From positions 1 through 40,815 of the forward strand of contig CAZODJ010000005.1 in the NCBI GenBank assembly GCA_964578555.1: a stretch of DNA of 40,815 bases. Direction: 5' to 3'. The stretch is from an uncultured Candidatus Kuenenia sp. (GTDB taxonomy: Bacteria; Planctomycetota; Planctomycetia; Pirellulales; UBA1268). Shown in pieces: positions 1 to 8,357 of this stretch (position 1 is its first letter; each line of letters opens with the position of its first letter). The position numbers were made by a program, and so were the translations under genes. The notes below the pieces were generated by a model. The model saw only the letters and a list, made by a program, of their open reading frames with translations. It ran no database searches and had not been told where the DNA came from.

Positions 1-2
1 AC

Positions 3-470
3 ATGCGACGGATCAAGCACTACTGGCTGCCGGCGCGGATCGAGAAGGTCGATCATAAGGGGGGCAGCGAAGGCGTACTCACCGTGACGCTGCTGGCGGG
101 CTGCGATCCAGCGCTCTACGAGGCCTTCTTCGACAACGGCGGCGTGCCGGGCCGGATGAGCACGGGTGTGAACGTCGCATCTGCGGAGCCGACGCTCCGC
201 ACCTGGTGGCAGAATCATGATCTCGCCTGGGGATCGGTCGTGAAGCGGCGGACGAGCGAAAATCCGCCCCCCGGCAGCAGCGGCATCGAACTCGACATCT
301 CCACGCCGGTGTTGCTGGAGGGATTTCGGCCGGGGCGGTTTGTCCGGATCGGCTCGCAGACGGGCGGCTGGCCGAGAAGCAAGCCGCCACCGGAATGGCG
401 AATCAGGTCGATCGAAGAGCGGGAACGGGCTCTCTACGGTCCTGCGACCAATCAAGCTGCGAAACCATGA
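3..470 (+). CDS. Hypothetical protein, probably only the C-terminal part (5' end likely outside the window); first visible gene of the DUF1552 operon
   Basis: ORF with GC3-rich codons, followed by GGAGG and the DUF1552 start. Its last 46 codons recur at 7354-7494 with mostly synonymous changes, which supports real coding status. Confidence 0.7.
   Translation: MRRIKHYWLPARIEKVDHKGGSEGVLTVTLLAGCDPALYEAFFDNGGVPGRMSTGVNVASAEPTLRTWWQNHDLAWGSVVKRRTSENPPPGSSGIELDISTPVLLEGFRPGRFVRIGSQTGGWPRSKPPPEWRIRSIEERERALYGPATNQAAKP
329..470 (+). repeat. Left copy of a 142-bp imperfect direct repeat (3' end of ORF 3..470)
   Basis: Aligns without gaps to 7353-7494. The first 33 nt (gccggggcggtttgtccggatcggctcgcagac) are identical; 21 mismatches overall by hand count. 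Confidence 0.95.
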
Positions 471-508
471 ATCACAGACCGCGACCGCGATGAGTCGGAG
501 GTAATCCA

Positions 509-1915
509 ATGTTGCTGACCCGACGTTCACTGCTTGAATGCCTGTCGGCGACCGCCGTCGCGCCCTACCTCGCTCCGCTCGTCGCCCGAGCCGAGGCGGA
601 GGCGCGGGGCGGCAGGCCGCAGCGGTTCGTCTTCTTCATCGAGGGCAACGGCGTGCCGGCCACACACCTCCAGCCCGTCGGCATCGACCGCGTGGAGGTG
701 AAGCATCCCGCCCAAAATTCTGGCTCCGCGCTCGGAGCCACGGGCGGGATGAACGGCGCCACGGCGTTGATCGACCGGCCGTTGTCGGCCCCGGGCGTGA
801 GCCTGCCCGAGCCGCTCGCTCCGCTCGCACCGCATCTCAGGCGGGTGACGATCCTGCAGGGACTCTCCGGACGCGTATGCGGCGGAGGTCACGGCAACGG
901 CTTTGGCACGCTTGGCTGCTATCCGGCCAATGCCGGCGCCAAAGACATCACGATCGACGCAGCCCTCTCCCGCACGGCGCCGGCCATCCACCAGCACGTC
1001 GCCCTCGGCGTGAAGGACAATCCCGGATCGGCCGCGCCGCCGATCTTTACCAGTTGTTCGGCCTCGGGGCCGAACACGAAGGTTCCGCACTACCAGGATC
1101 CGGCGCTGGCCTACGACATGCTGTTCGGCCGGATCATGGCGGGCAATACCGCGGCCGCCCTCGGGTCGCAGGCGATGCTCCTCGACTTCATCGCCGGCGA
1201 CCTGGCCGCGCTGCAGCGACACCTGCCGCTGCCCGAGGCCGAGAAGATCGAACGGTATGCCGATGCGTTTGCCGCGATCAAGCAGCGCCGGGCCCGGCTC
1301 GGCGACATCGATCCGGGGCGGATCCCCCCGCGGCGCGGCGAGCTCTACGGGAGCGACCTTGAAACCAAGCGGCTCGAGGCCCACGTGGAAGTGGCGGCGA
1401 CGGCCCTCCTCATCGGCCTCACCAACACCGTCACGATCTGCTCCGGGGCGGGCAGCTACCCGACCTGGAAGGGGCTGGGCATCACGATCGACAACCATGC
1501 CATCGGCCACAACCAGGTGGCGGGCGCGGCCGAGATGATGGTCAAGATCCGGCAATACAACATGGGCCTCATCGCCAGCCTCGTCGCCCAACTGGAGGCG
1601 GTGCCGGAGGGGGATGGCACCGTGATGGACAACACGCTGATCGTCTACCTCAGCGACAGCGCGGAACTCCACCATTCGAAGTGCTATGAGTGGCCGATGG
1701 TGCTCGTCGGCAACCTCGGCGGGCGGCTTGCGGCGGGCGATCGGTTTCTCAACGTGCCCGGGTATGCGATGCCGGGGCATGTCACCGTGGCCCAGTTCTT
1801 CACCGCGCTGCTGCATGCCTCTGGTGCGCCGGTCAATCACTTTGGCATGATGGATCGCCTGCTCCAGCAGCAGGGGCTCGATCAAAAGCAGCCCTTCACG
1901 GAGATCCTGGCATGA
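509..1915 (+). CDS. DUF1552 (HXXSHH-type) family protein with Tat signal
   Basis: TRRSLL twin-arginine motif; RFVFFIEGNG; LEAVPEGDGTVMDNTLIVYLSD; HHSKCYEWPMVLVG; SD GGAGG upstream. Confidence 0.9.
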   Translation: MLLTRRSLLECLSATAVAPYLAPLVARAEAEARGGRPQRFVFFIEGNGVPATHLQPVGIDRVEVKHPAQNSGSALGATGGMNGATALIDRPLSAPGVSLPEPLAPLAPHLRRVTILQGLSGRVCGGGHGNGFGTLGCYPANAGAKDITIDAALSRTAPAIHQHVALGVKDNPGSAAPPIFTSCSASGPNTKVPHYQDPALAYDMLFGRIMAGNTAAALGSQAMLLDFIAGDLAALQRHLPLPEAEKIERYADAFAAIKQRRARLGDIDPGRIPPRRGELYGSDLETKRLEAHVEVAATALLIGLTNTVTICSGAGSYPTWKGLGITIDNHAIGHNQVAGAAEMMVKIRQYNMGLIASLVAQLEAVPEGDGTVMDNTLIVYLSDSAELHHSKCYEWPMVLVGNLGGRLAAGDRFLNVPGYAMPGHVTVAQFFTALLHASGAPVNHFGMMDRLLQQQGLDQKQPFTEILA

Positions 1916-3552
1916 GCCGCCCTGCCGCCGTGCTGGCGATGCTGGTCATGGCGGTCTGGGTGACCCCGCCGGCCGTCGCCGAATATCGGCATGCGCTCGT
2001 GATCGGCAACGCGGCCTATACCAAGGCACCACTCGCGAGCCCACCTCACGACGTGCGGCTGGTCGGCGACGCGCTCGAACGGAGGGGATTTACGGTCACG
2101 CGGGCCACAGATCTCGACGCCCCGTCGCTCGAACAGACGATCATCCGCTTCGCCCGCACGATCCCGACGCAGGGCACGGCACTCGTCTGGTACTCCGGGC
2201 ATGCCCTGCCGCACGGCACGATCGGGAAGCCCGACGCCGACACGCTCCTGCTGGCGATCGACGACAACCCATGGAAGACATCGCTGCGGGCCCTGCTCAA
2301 CTATTTCGTGGCCGAACACCGGCCGCCCGAGCACACTCCCACGAGTGGGGCGGGCCGCACCATCTTTATCCTCGACGCCTGCCATCAGCGACCGGGGCAA
2401 AGGCCCGATGGCCCGCGGGGGCTGATCCCGCCGATGGGCCTTCCTGCCGAGTCGCTCGTGATCTATTCGGCCCCCTTCGGCGAGCTCACGGAAGCGACTC
2501 CGGGCGAAAGCCCCGCCAGACCGTCGCCGCTGGCGGAGCGGTTTGCCGCCGCCCTCGACTCGGGGCGGCCGCTCGACGATGTGCTCGAAACGCTCGCCCC
2601 TACGAAGGTGTCGACGCTGCCCGCGGGAGCGCTGTTGCCACTGCAGCAGCCAGCCTCGCGGCCGGTCGCGGCGGCCGAGGCATTCCAGCCCGGCCGAGCG
2701 GCCGGCGATGAGTGGGTGAATCCCTGGGGGATGGTCTTCTGCTGGTGCCCCCCCGGCCGGATCGCGGTGGGCAGTCCGGACGACGAGCCCGGTCGCGACG
2801 ACGACGAGACTCGTGTGGAGACCGAATTCCCTGCCGGCTTCTGGGTTGGCAAATACGAGATTACCCGTCGGGAACTGTTTATGCTCCGCGGTGGCGCCTA
2901 TCTCTCCACGGGGGATCACAAACTCCAGCCGCTCAACCGCTGCGAAGAAAAAGTCTCAGCCGACATGCTTGCCCGGCTCAACGCGACGGCTCCTGACGGC
3001 TGGAGGTATGACCTGCCGACGGAGGCTGAGTGGGAGTATGCGGCCCGCGCGGGCACGCTCACGGCGTACTCGTTCGGCGCCGACCCGTCCGACCTCGTGC
3101 GGCACGGCAACTTTGCCGACCGCACGCTCCGCGAGAGCCTTTCGTTCGGCGAGTTCGCCAAGTCGTATCCTGCGAAGAGCAAAGAGCCCACCTATTTCTC
3201 CGACCGGCAGACCGGTCTCTTCACCTATGCCCACGCGGAGTGGAGCGACGGCGTGGCGGAGATGGCGGTCGTCGGCAGTTACCTCCCCAACCCCTGGGGG
3301 CTGCACGACGTGCATGGCAACGTGGCCGAGTGCACGCGCACGCTCTATGACGCCATCCGGCCACCTCCGGAAAAGGCCGACGAGACGCATGTCTGGGGCC
3401 GCGTCTGCAAGGGGGGCAGTTGGCTGAGCCTGCCGGCGTCGTGCCGCTCGGCGTTTCGAGGCTGGACGAAGATCGCCGAGAACGCGATCGGCATGCGGTT
3501 CGTGCTCCGGCCGGTCGGGCCGGACGAGGCCGTCGCGGAGGCAGGCAGATGA
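1912..3552 (+). CDS. Exported caspase-like (peptidase C14) + FGE-sulfatase/SUMF1-like fusion protein
   Basis: Start moved to ATG 1912 (ATGA overlap with DUF1552 stop). Signal peptide; ALVIGNAAY, WYSGH, ILDAC (C14); LPTEAEWEYAARAG, PNPWGLHDVHGNVAE, KGGSW (FGE-like). Confidence 0.88.
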   Translation: MSRPAAVLAMLVMAVWVTPPAVAEYRHALVIGNAAYTKAPLASPPHDVRLVGDALERRGFTVTRATDLDAPSLEQTIIRFARTIPTQGTALVWYSGHALPHGTIGKPDADTLLLAIDDNPWKTSLRALLNYFVAEHRPPEHTPTSGAGRTIFILDACHQRPGQRPDGPRGLIPPMGLPAESLVIYSAPFGELTEATPGESPARPSPLAERFAAALDSGRPLDDVLETLAPTKVSTLPAGALLPLQQPASRPVAAAEAFQPGRAAGDEWVNPWGMVFCWCPPGRIAVGSPDDEPGRDDDETRVETEFPAGFWVGKYEITRRELFMLRGGAYLSTGDHKLQPLNRCEEKVSADMLARLNATAPDGWRYDLPTEAEWEYAARAGTLTAYSFGADPSDLVRHGNFADRTLRESLSFGEFAKSYPAKSKEPTYFSDRQTGLFTYAHAEWSDGVAEMAVVGSYLPNPWGLHDVHGNVAECTRTLYDAIRPPPEKADETHVWGRVCKGGSWLSLPASCRSAFRGWTKIAENAIGMRFVLRPVGPDEAVAEAGR

Positions 3553-5618
3553 CAGCGTCTGCGATCTCCATGATTTCCGCGCTCTGGGCCGCTGCGACGC
3601 GGGGCACCGAGGCAGTATTTCGATTCGCAGCGCCGGCCGCGGCGCGGGCGATCCTCCTGATCATGATGGGGGCCGCCGTTTCGCCCGGACCTGCCCGCGG
3701 CGAGGGGGGCTTTCTGCCGGGGCCGATCCTTGCCCGCTCGTGCGGCGAATGCCATGCCGACGGTGCGGAGGAAGGGGGCGTGTCGCTCGCCGGTGTGACC
3801 GGCTTTGCGGACCTTCCGGCCGACATGTGGGGCCGGCTCCATGAGCAGGTGCAGCTGGGCCTGATGCCGCCCGAGGATGCCACGACGCCGCTCACAGCCG
3901 CCGAGCGGGAGCAGCTCATCGAGTGGATCGCCGGTTCGCTGCGGGGGGCGGGCGTGCATGTCGAGAACAAGCTCGACTGGCCGAACTACGGCAACTATGT
4001 GCCGCATGAGCCCCTGTTCGCCGGCCCGGCCGATCCAGCACCGGCCACGCTCATCCGCGTCTGGCGGCGGCGGCCGGAGGTGTATGCCGCCCGGAATTCC
4101 GGGGGCTTGCAGCCCTTTTCATTGCTCCCCGGCCAGCAGATCTCCGACTACGCCGCGATCTATCTCGTCGATGAGCCTGCCGCCGAGATCGTGCTCGAAA
4201 ATGCCCAGCGGCTCGCCGAGGCCTGGACGAGCTTCGACCGTCGCGATGGCAAACGCGTGCCTGGAAAACAGTCGCTGTTTTTTGCCCCGTCGCTCATCGA
4301 CGAGACCGCGACCGTCTCGGCCGAGGAATTCGCCAAGGCCCTCAATGAGGCCTTTCGCCGATCACTCGATCGTGATGCCACGCCCGACGAGCAGGAGCGG
4401 CTCCGCGGGCTGTATGACCGCGTGTCTGCGGTCCACGGGCGGATGGCGGCGGCGCGGGCGGTAGTTGCCGCGCCGCTGCTGATGCCGGAGGCCGTGTTTC
4501 GCCTCGAGCTTGGGGCCGGCCCGCTCGACGAGCATGGCCGTCGCCGGCTCACCAAGACCGAGATCATCGAGGCCCTGCGGCAGACGCTGGCCGGCGGTGA
4601 TCGATCGCCCGAGCCGCTCGCGCGTGCCCGTGCCGACGTTACCCAAGAACTTGCCGACCGCGATGCCGTGGCGGGGCTGGTGCAGCAGGTGCTTGCCGAG
4701 GGCTGGCCCCAGCCGCAGGTGCTGCGGTTCTTCGATGAATATTTTGGCTATCGCAAGGCGCAGGACGTGTTCAAGGAGGTGCCGGTGGGCGTGGCGTTTG
4801 CGGCCCCGGCCCTCGTCATCGAAACGGAGCGATTGATTCGCGAAATCGTGGCGGCCGACAGGGACGTGCTCCGGCGGCTGCTCACGACCGACGAGGCCTG
4901 GCTGCGGTCGCCCTGGCGAAGTCATGAGGGGCCGCCGACGCACACCATCTATAATCTCCCCGCCGACTTCAAATGGCGGGGGGAGATCGGAAAGGTCAAC
5001 GGGCCCTACCGGCTCGCGGCAGACGAACGGGCGGGAGTGCTCACGCAGCCGGCATGGCTGGTGGCCCACTCGGGCAACTTCGACAACGATCCGGTGCGGC
5101 GGGGCAAGTGGATCCTGGAACACCTCCTCGGCGGCACCGTGCCCGACGTGCCGGTGACGGTGTGCGCCGTGGTGCCGGAAGACCCGGCCAAGACGCTCCG
5201 CGAGCGATTCGCCGTGGTCACCGACCAGGCCTCCTGCTGGAACTGCCATCGGCAGATGAACCAGCTCGGCATGCCGTTCGAGGTCTACGATCATTTCGGC
5301 CGCCACCGGCTTCGGGAACTCGGGGAGCCGGTCGATTCCAGCGGAGCCGTGGTGGGGATCGACGACGCCGAGGTGGCTGGGTCCGTGGCCGGCCCGCTCG
5401 AGCTGATCCGGCGGCTGGCCGAGTCGAAGCGGGCCCGGCAGGTGTTCGTTCGGTATGCGTTCCGCTACTTTCTGGGCCGCAACGAGACGCTGCGAGACGC
5501 GCTCACACTGCGGGAGGCCGACGCCGCGTTCGTCGCCTCGGGCGGCAGCATGCGGGCACTCGTCACGGCGCTGCTCTCTTCGGATTCAGCTCTCTACCGG
5601 ACGGCCGAGACGCGGTAG
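3549..5618 (+). CDS. Planctomycete cytochrome c / DUF1588-DUF1585 (DUF1592-cluster) protein
   Basis: ATGA overlap start at 3549; CGECH...MPP; RAGVLTQPAWLVAHS; DPVRRGKWI; CWNCH; FVRYAFRYFLGRNE. Confidence 0.88.
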   Translation: MTASAISMISALWAAATRGTEAVFRFAAPAAARAILLIMMGAAVSPGPARGEGGFLPGPILARSCGECHADGAEEGGVSLAGVTGFADLPADMWGRLHEQVQLGLMPPEDATTPLTAAEREQLIEWIAGSLRGAGVHVENKLDWPNYGNYVPHEPLFAGPADPAPATLIRVWRRRPEVYAARNSGGLQPFSLLPGQQISDYAAIYLVDEPAAEIVLENAQRLAEAWTSFDRRDGKRVPGKQSLFFAPSLIDETATVSAEEFAKALNEAFRRSLDRDATPDEQERLRGLYDRVSAVHGRMAAARAVVAAPLLMPEAVFRLELGAGPLDEHGRRRLTKTEIIEALRQTLAGGDRSPEPLARARADVTQELADRDAVAGLVQQVLAEGWPQPQVLRFFDEYFGYRKAQDVFKEVPVGVAFAAPALVIETERLIREIVAADRDVLRRLLTTDEAWLRSPWRSHEGPPTHTIYNLPADFKWRGEIGKVNGPYRLAADERAGVLTQPAWLVAHSGNFDNDPVRRGKWILEHLLGGTVPDVPVTVCAVVPEDPAKTLRERFAVVTDQASCWNCHRQMNQLGMPFEVYDHFGRHRLRELGEPVDSSGAVVGIDDAEVAGSVAGPLELIRRLAESKRARQVFVRYAFRYFLGRNETLRDALTLREADAAFVASGGSMRALVTALLSSDSALYRTAETR

Positions 5619-5727
5619 GCTGTCCGAGAACCGTGCGGCGAGATTCGGCCTCGACGCGGCCGCCTCGGGCCTGACATCCTCAGACATCGTAATCACGCCC
5701 GACGGGAGCGGCCTGCACCGCACCGGG

Positions 5728-5797
5728 CCCCGGGTGGTAGCCCGGGGACGGTCTGGTGGGCCCCCGCATTGATCTTCCGGTTTCCACCGGGGGGCTA
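5728..5797. repeat. Degenerate REP-like hairpin doublet
   Basis: ccccggg-tggtag-cccgggg (5728-5747) and ccggt-ttcc-accgg (5777-5790) followed by ggggcta; the two units are roughly inverted copies of each other. Confidence 0.45.
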
Positions 5798-5855
5798 TTT
5801 GGGGAAACCCGCTCCCGTTCTCGGCGACCGTCTGCCACCGTTCTCAACCGGCCTT

Positions 5856-5884
5856 TTGCATTCGCGTTGATTATCGTCTATGAT
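5856..5884 (+). promoter_or_regulatory. Sigma70-type promoter of the abiE operon
   Basis: TTGCAT-17 bp-TATGAT in an AT-rich patch. Confidence 0.65.
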
Positions 5885-5908
5885 ATTCAACGCATATGAA
5901 AAAAGAAC

Positions 5909-6550
5909 ATGAAATATGACCAGCTTGTTGATGTCGTGAGCGGTTTGGTCTGCTTTGACCTGCCTCTTTTGGTCCAGGCGTTTCCGGATCGCCGGCCGGC
6001 AATCCTGTTGCAGCTTTCGCGCTGGGTGACGCGAGGGAAAGTGATTCCCCTCCGCCGCGGCGTCTACACGCTCGCGGATCGCGGCCGCAAGACGCCGCTC
6101 GATCCGGCGCTGCTCGCCCAGCATCTGTGCCGGCCGTCTTATCTGAGCGGACTGTGGGCCTTGGGCTTCCACGACATGATCCCCGAACGCGTCGTGGTTC
6201 ACACCAGCGTCACGACGCGGCAGCCGGCGCGGTTCGACAATGCCTGCGGGGCGTTCGAGTACCGGCACATCAAGCAGCCATGTTTTTTTGGATACGAGCA
6301 GGTGGTCTACGGCAGCGGCACGATCCTGGTGGCCCGGCCGGAAAAGGCCCTGCTCGATCATTGGCATCTTGCGGCCGGCGAGTGGACCGACGACCGCCTC
6401 GCCGAAATGCGGTATCAAAACCTGGCCGCCGTGGATTCCCGACGCCTACAGGAATACGCCGCCCGATTCAAACGGCCCCGACTCGATCGGGCAGTCCGCC
6501 GCTGGCTGCGGCTCGCGCTGGAGTGCGATGCTGGAGAACTGATCCTATGA
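5909..6550 (+). CDS. abiEi: Type IV TA antitoxin / transcriptional regulator, AbiEi-like
   Basis: QLSRWVTRGKVIPLRRGVY, PSYLS..WAL.FHDMIPE, ARPEKALLD; coupled to the AbiEii gene. Confidence 0.85.
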   Translation: MKYDQLVDVVSGLVCFDLPLLVQAFPDRRPAILLQLSRWVTRGKVIPLRRGVYTLADRGRKTPLDPALLAQHLCRPSYLSGLWALGFHDMIPERVVVHTSVTTRQPARFDNACGAFEYRHIKQPCFFGYEQVVYGSGTILVARPEKALLDHWHLAAGEWTDDRLAEMRYQNLAAVDSRRLQEYAARFKRPRLDRAVRRWLRLALECDAGELIL

Positions 6551-7347
6551 AGGAGCAGGCCCTCGCCCTGGCCCGGGCCGCCGCGAATCGCGGACAGGCG
6601 CTGAACACCTTGCGGGAATACCTGCAGGCGCTCGTGCTGCGATCGTTCCATGAGGCGGAGGCATTCCGGTGCGTCGCTTTCGTGGGCGGCACGGCCCTGC
6701 GGTTTCTGCACGGCCTGCCCCGGTTTTCCGAAGACCTTGATTTTTCACTCGTGTCTCCGGATGGCTACGCGGGGCAAGCCTGGATGGCCAAGGTGAAGCG
6801 GGATCTCGCCCTGGCTGGATTTACGCCGGAGGTGACCTGGAACGACCGCAAGACCGTTCACACCGGGTGGGTTCGCCTCCGCGGCCTCCTGCATGATGCG
6901 GGTCTATCTCCCCTGGCAGACGAGAAGCTCGCGATCAAGGTGGAGGTGGACACCCGCCCTCCTGAAGGCGGCCGTTGCGACCGCCAGATCGTGACTCGCC
7001 ATCTTTCGTTTCTGCTCCAGTATTACGATCCGCCCTCGTTGATGGCCGGGAAACTGCATGCCCTGTTGACCCGCCGTTATGCCAAAGGCCGCGATTGGTA
7101 CGACCTCGTTTGGTACCTGTCGCAGCGGCCGCCCCTGACGCCAAATTTGACGCTGCTGCAAAACGCGTTGGATCAGACGCAGGGAGCCGGTCGGACCGAT
7201 GCCCGGCGCTGGCGGGAGGAGGTGAGGGATCGGCTGGCGGCGATGGACATCAAGGCTCTTCTCGACGACGTCGGCCCGTTCCTGGAACGCCCCCAAGACG
7301 CGACGATGATCACTCGGGACAATCTGCTGAGTCTTCTGCACAGTTGA
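6547..7347 (+). CDS. abiEii: Type IV TA toxin, AbiEii nucleotidyltransferase family
   Basis: ATGA overlap start at 6547; FVGGTALRFLHGLPRFSEDLDFS; KLHALLTR; KGRDWYDL. Confidence 0.9.
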   Translation: MKEQALALARAAANRGQALNTLREYLQALVLRSFHEAEAFRCVAFVGGTALRFLHGLPRFSEDLDFSLVSPDGYAGQAWMAKVKRDLALAGFTPEVTWNDRKTVHTGWVRLRGLLHDAGLSPLADEKLAIKVEVDTRPPEGGRCDRQIVTRHLSFLLQYYDPPSLMAGKLHALLTRRYAKGRDWYDLVWYLSQRPPLTPNLTLLQNALDQTQGAGRTDARRWREEVRDRLAAMDIKALLDDVGPFLERPQDATMITRDNLLSLLHS

Positions 7348-7352
7348 CCGAA

Positions 7353-7494
7353 GCCGGGGCGGTTTGTCCGGATCGGCTCGCAGACAGGCGGCTGGCTGAG
7401 AGTCAAGCCGCCACCGGAGTGGCGAATCAGGTCGATCAAGGAACGCGAGCGGGGTCTCTACGGCCCAGCCACTGAGCAGGCCGCGAAGCCGTGA
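7353..7494 (+). pseudogene. Start-less duplicate of the 3' end of ORF 3..470 (right copy of the direct repeat)
   Basis: Reads PGRFVRIGSQTGGWLRVKPPPEWRIRSIKERERGLYGPATEQAAKP*; 41/46 aa identical to the left copy with the same stop position; no start codon between it and the abiEii stop. Confidence 0.9.
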
Positions 7495-7533
7495 ACTGTC
7501 CGCCCCGGTCGCGAGCCGAGGGCATGAACACCT

Positions 7534-7562
7534 TTGACCCAGGTGTGTCATGTCTATAGCAT
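7534..7562 (+). promoter_or_regulatory. Sigma70-type, probably leaderless promoter of vapBC
   Basis: TTGACC-17 bp-TAGCAT, then 6 nt to ATG 7569; repeated CATG units overlap the -10 (candidate operator). Confidence 0.7.
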
Positions 7563-7568
7563 GGATAC

Positions 7569-7844
7569 ATGCAAAAGATTCAGATCCTTTTTCCGGATCC
7601 TGTGATGGAACGGCTCCGGGCTATTGCCCGACAGCAGGACCGCCCCGTCAGCGAACTGGTGCGGCGGGCCGTTGACCGCCTCCTCGAGCAGGTCCCGGCG
7701 CTACCGCCGAAGCGGGCCGCACGATTTCCCACGTTTCATGGCGGAGGTGTGCTCGTGGATGCCGATCGACTGAAGGACGTGCTCCACGGTTTGGATGACG
7801 AGGTGCGGCCAACAGGCCGCCTTGACTCGCGGCCGACTCGCTGA
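7569..7844 (+). CDS. Ribbon-helix-helix (CopG-like) antitoxin
   Basis: MQKIQILFPDPVMERLRAIARQQDRPVSELVRRAVD is an RHH pattern; directly upstream of a PIN toxin. Confidence 0.85.
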   Translation: MQKIQILFPDPVMERLRAIARQQDRPVSELVRRAVDRLLEQVPALPPKRAARFPTFHGGGVLVDADRLKDVLHGLDDEVRPTGRLDSRPTR

Positions 7845-7845
7845 C

Positions 7846-8283
7846 ATGAAGAGCCTCGACACCAATATTCTGCTGTATGCCGCCGACAAGGATTGTCGCG
7901 AGCATGAAGCTGCGATCAGGCTCATGAACGAAGCCCTGCGTTCGCCGGCCGAGTGGATGCTGGCCGACCAGGTTCTCTTCGAGATGTACGCAGGCCTGCG
8001 GCATCCGGGTGTCTTCGCCAAGCCTTTGTCAGCGGCGGAGGCCGCCCGAACGGTGGCCTTTCTCCGCGACGAGTCGGGGTTTTCATTCTGTTGCTACGAA
8101 CTGCGGTCATGGCCGACGATCCACGCCAGCCTGGCCACCCCGGAGTTTCCGCGACGGCGAACGTACGACCTCGTCCTCGCCGTAACCTTGCGAAGGAATG
8201 GAGTCACCGAGTTTTACACGCGGAACGTCATGGACTTCCGGACCGCCGGATTCACGGCAGTCGTGAATCCGATCGACGATTGA
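7846..8283 (+). CDS. vapC: PIN-domain VapC-family toxin
   Basis: Start MKSLDTNILLYA (ATG 7846); conserved acidic PIN residues; YDLVLAVTL, FYTRNVMDF, VVNP. Confidence 0.9.
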   Translation: MKSLDTNILLYAADKDCREHEAAIRLMNEALRSPAEWMLADQVLFEMYAGLRHPGVFAKPLSAAEAARTVAFLRDESGFSFCCYELRSWPTIHASLATPEFPRRRTYDLVLAVTLRRNGVTEFYTRNVMDFRTAGFTAVVNPIDD

Positions 8284-8357
8284 TCTCGCGCCGTCGATGA
8301 CGGGCTTGCTCCGGCCAGATGCGGTGGCTGCAGCCGCGATGGTGTTTGCACGAGGCC

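Noticed and set aside
3400-3552. FGE/C-type-lectin C-terminus as a DGR variable region
   Set aside because: No template repeat or reverse transcriptase seen in the window.
329-7494. The 142-bp repeat pair as a DGR TR/VR pair
   Set aside because: Mismatches are not confined to adenines of one copy (e.g. C/T, G/C, C/G changes) and are mostly synonymous; no reverse transcriptase nearby.
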